Below, piece after piece: positions 62,101-64,000 of a DNA stretch of 64,000 nucleotides. Made by a program: the position numbers and the translations under genes. Position 1 is the first letter of the stretch. Each line of letters opens with the position of its first letter. This DNA comes from Myxococcota bacterium (lineage in GTDB: Bacteria > Myxococcota_A > SURF-8 > G963663525): NCBI GenBank assembly GCA_963676915.2, contig CAXXVK010000053.1:134746-198745 (forward strand), written 5' to 3'. Below the pieces are notes generated by a model. That model had not been told where the DNA came from and did no database searches. It worked only from the letters and a program-made list of their open reading frames with translations.

Positions 62101-62287
62101 TTTCCACTACGTCCGGTGATTGACCTGGATATTGTGTGAAAACAATCACCTGCACGTCCGAGAGGTCGGGGATGGCGTCCACCGGCGTCGTGAACATCGC
62201 CCACAGTCCCGCCGCGATCACCATTGCCGTGACGATCAGGACAATGGTCCTGTTCTTGACGCTGGCTTCGATGATGCGTGCGATCAT
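59159..62287 (-). CDS. cusA: CusA-type heavy-metal RND permease
   Basis: DAIPDLSDVQVI, GPDATGVGW; Met-triad contexts LLYMP, PLSMIET, IDMLATG. Confidence 0.93.
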   Translation of the reverse strand: MIARIIEASVKNRTIVLIVTAMVIAAGLWAMFTTPVDAIPDLSDVQVIVFTQYPGQSPDVVENQVTYPLTTAMLSVPYAKNVRGYSFFGMSFVYIIFEDGTDIYWARSRVLEYLNGIKGRLPEGVTPQLGPDATGVGWVYMYSLTSKHHDLAQLRSIQDWYLRYELMALKGVAEVASAGGFVKQYQIEVDPEKLRAYGLSLRHVNMAVKDSNIDVGGRLLEMGETEFMVRGKGYVQSIADLENIPVGVDADTHTPIMLKQVADIHLGPDIRRGVIELNGEGEAVAGIVVMRYGENALEVIQRVKNRLDELKIGLPKDVEIHAGYDRSTLILRAIRSLVEKLGTEMLVVALIIMLFLLHLRSSFVAIFTLPVGILVSFLIMKLLGVNANIMSLGGIAIAIGVMVDASVVMVENLHKHKERQPDASQTELVIASAKEVGPALFFSLLIVTVSFLPVFTLEQQEGRLFTPLAYTKTFAMAASAVLAITIIPVLMTFFVRGRILHEAKNPISRLFIGLYKPVLRGVLRFPKTTLLFAVLLSGLTWFPYSKLGSEFMPPLNEGDLLYMPTTPPGISITKAKELLQQTDKLIAKHPQVDHVLGKIGRAETATDPAPLSMIETTITLTDQSTWPEGKSIEDIIRELDAMVQFPGLTNAWTMPIRTRIDMLATGIKTPVGVKLMGSDLEVLSELGQRIEAVLRDLPETLSAYSERVTGGNYVDITVRREDAARYGLTVGAVNDVVKHAIGGMNVGTTVEGLERYPISIRYPRELRSNIDKLKRVAVPTPMGHAVPLAQVADIAIHKGAPAIKSENARRTAWVFVDLKTSDVGGYVERAKQVVSEQISLPPGVSIVWSGQFEYMERAGKRLAVVVPLTLAIIFLLLFLHFRNVEESLIVMLTLPFALIGGVWLMAWEGYNLSVAVAVGFIALAGLAAETGVVMLVYLDETYKRWQREDNLHSLSDLKAIIMEGAVDRVRPKLMTVATTTFGLLPILFGTETGVRIMKRIAAPMVGGLVSSTLLTLLILPAVYLIWKGWRLKTESTKQGDRR

Positions 62288-63654
62288 GGCGCAGCTCGTT
62301 GCTTTTTCACCAAATCCATGCCGCAAATGGGACAGTCGCCGGGTGTTTCCTGCACGATGGTGGGATGCATGGGACAGGTGTAATATTCGCCATTATGTTC
62401 CATGTTTGCGTGATCGTGAGTATTTTTTTGGGAAGTATTCGCTTCTGACGTTGCCTGCAAGCGATCGTTTATAAGTTTCTGTACGGCTTCTTGCAGTTGA
62501 GCTTCGCTATCCAAAAGAAACTGCCCGGAAGTCACCACGAGTTCGCCTTCCTGCAAACCTTCCAAAACTTCGGTGCGGTGATCGTCTCCTGTAAGCCCGG
62601 TGACGACTTCGCGTGCTTCATAGCGGCCCTCGGTTTCGGAAACGAACACGATGTTTCGCTCGCCGGTTTGAAGAATGGCTTCGCTGGGAATCGTCAGAAC
62701 GTTTTCCTTGCGTTCCGCCTGGATTCGCACGGTGGCAAACATGCCGGGCTTCAGGATTACGCCGGGGTTTTCGAATTCCATCCGCACCTTCAACGTGCGG
62801 CTTTTCGGATTGAGCGTGGGATAGATGTATCCGACCTTGCCTTCATAAAACCGTCCTTGTTGAAACGAAAGCTCCATGCTGGCGGGTTGTCCAACGTCGA
62901 TCCACGGTGCGTCGAATTCGTAGACCTCCGCCGTTACCCAGATACGTTTCAAATTCCCGATACGGTAAAGGTCTTGCCCTGCTTTCACATGAACGCCCAG
63001 AATGGCGTTTTTTTGCAATACATAACCTGAACGAGACGCTTTGACGATGTAAGTACGCCCTACATTCTGTTCGCGTACGATTTTCTTCAGATAGCTTTCG
63101 GGGATATCCCACAAGCGGAGACGCTCGGCTGCCGAACGAGTCAGATCACTGTTCGGTCCGTTGGTGTTGTAGGTCAAGAGGTATTCTTTTTGCGCGCTAA
63201 CCAATTCCGGCGAGTACATGGAAAACAGCCAATCACCAGCTTTCACCATTTGCCCCGTTTGGTTTGCCCAGATTTCTTCGATCCAACCGGAGAAACGCAA
63301 GTTGACCACGCTGATTTCGTCTTCGGCAACGTCTACTTCACCAATCGTGCGCACCGCTCGGCTGATGCTACCGCGCTCTACATGGGCTACGCGCACACCC
63401 ATGTTTTGAACGACGGACGGATCAATCGTGACAACATTTCCCTCGGATGGGCTGGCATCGCTCTTCTTTTGCATAGGTGTAAGGTCCATGCCGCAAATCG
63501 GACAGGTTCCGGGATGATCCTGTACAACGTTCGGATGCATACCGCAGGTGTAGAGCGTTTGTTCTTCCGCAGGGCTGCTTGGAATCATCGAAAAGGTCAG
63601 CGAAAGCCAAACCAGCAAAAGAAAAAATCCGATTCGCCGTAGGCTTTGTTTCAT
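62284..63654 (-). CDS. cusB: CusB-type membrane fusion protein with two heavy-metal-binding motifs
   Basis: YTCGMHP..CPICGMDL and YTCPMHP..CPICGMDL, YSPELVSAQ, LKPGMF, SGQFLLDSE. Confidence 0.9.
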   Translation of the reverse strand: MKQSLRRIGFFLLLVWLSLTFSMIPSSPAEEQTLYTCGMHPNVVQDHPGTCPICGMDLTPMQKKSDASPSEGNVVTIDPSVVQNMGVRVAHVERGSISRAVRTIGEVDVAEDEISVVNLRFSGWIEEIWANQTGQMVKAGDWLFSMYSPELVSAQKEYLLTYNTNGPNSDLTRSAAERLRLWDIPESYLKKIVREQNVGRTYIVKASRSGYVLQKNAILGVHVKAGQDLYRIGNLKRIWVTAEVYEFDAPWIDVGQPASMELSFQQGRFYEGKVGYIYPTLNPKSRTLKVRMEFENPGVILKPGMFATVRIQAERKENVLTIPSEAILQTGERNIVFVSETEGRYEAREVVTGLTGDDHRTEVLEGLQEGELVVTSGQFLLDSEAQLQEAVQKLINDRLQATSEANTSQKNTHDHANMEHNGEYYTCPMHPTIVQETPGDCPICGMDLVKKQRAAP

Positions 63655-64000
63655 GGCGCAACGTCCTTTTCCGATTGTCCGGTGGCCAGTCCGCTCAATT
63701 CCTCTATTCGAATCCGTTGTAGATACGTTTGAGTGATGGCCGCCCACAATCCGCGTTCGAATTCCAACCACTGGATTTCCACGGCGTAAAGCGTTGCGAA
63801 CTCGGCTTGTCCACTTTGATAAGCCGCAAGGCTGGAATCCCAGGTCTTCCTTGCGTTGGGAATCAGTACGTCCGAATATGTTCGTGCTTTGTCCGAAGCC
63901 CTTTGCCATGCCGCCAGAGACGCTTCCAGATCGGCGTGAATCCGATCCAAAAGAGATGTTGATTCGGCCTGAATCGCGGCCGCTTCGGAAAGGTGCTCGT
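63651..64000 (-). CDS. TolC/CusC-family outer-membrane efflux protein (C-terminal part, runs off the window)
   Basis: YSDVLIPNA...LAAYQSGQAEF pattern; stop overlaps the MFP start. Confidence 0.75.
   Translation of the reverse strand, partial: EHLSEAAAIQAESTSLLDRIHADLEASLAAWQRASDKARTYSDVLIPNARKTWDSSLAAYQSGQAEFATLYAVEIQWLEFERGLWAAITQTYLQRIRIEELSGLATGQSEKDVAP

Overview
Bacterial chromosomal window, probably from a Deltaproteobacteria/Myxococcota-like organism (inferred from many acidic-linker lipoproteins and a 2224-aa Cys-rich surface protein with a MYXO-CTERM-like tail). Positions 1-43.3 kb are mostly backbone (secG, acetoacetate-CoA ligase, bioD, trpS, peptidases, rsmG). A small low-GC patch at 17.3-20.6 kb holds two genes, one hit by an IS200 and one by an IS110. 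From tRNA-Arg(UCU) at 43386 onward there is a tandem array of islands integrated by a large serine recombinase. Island 1 (43463-50919) carries a partly deleted operon: ParB/Srx fragment, Fe-S fragment, DUF523/TudS, SPL-like radical SAM enzyme and a hypothetical protein. This operon is the best candidate for an undescribed nucleic-acid sulfur-modification/repair system. Island 2 carries a REC-GspE/PilB ATPase with a phosphorelay, followed by a CusCBA-type efflux operon. Non-coding highlights are: two IS110 elements whose bridge-RNA guides can be read from the sequence, one of them matching a host REP-like palindrome; a ~180-bp TA-flanked MITE, one copy inserted in frame into a lipoprotein signal peptide; an att-dependent swap of the recombinase C-terminus; a riboswitch-like leader split by an IS110; and an unannotated 40-aa THX-like basic ORF. 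Several genes have single-base homopolymer frameshifts that look like consensus errors. All family assignments come from motif recognition by eye, not from database searches.
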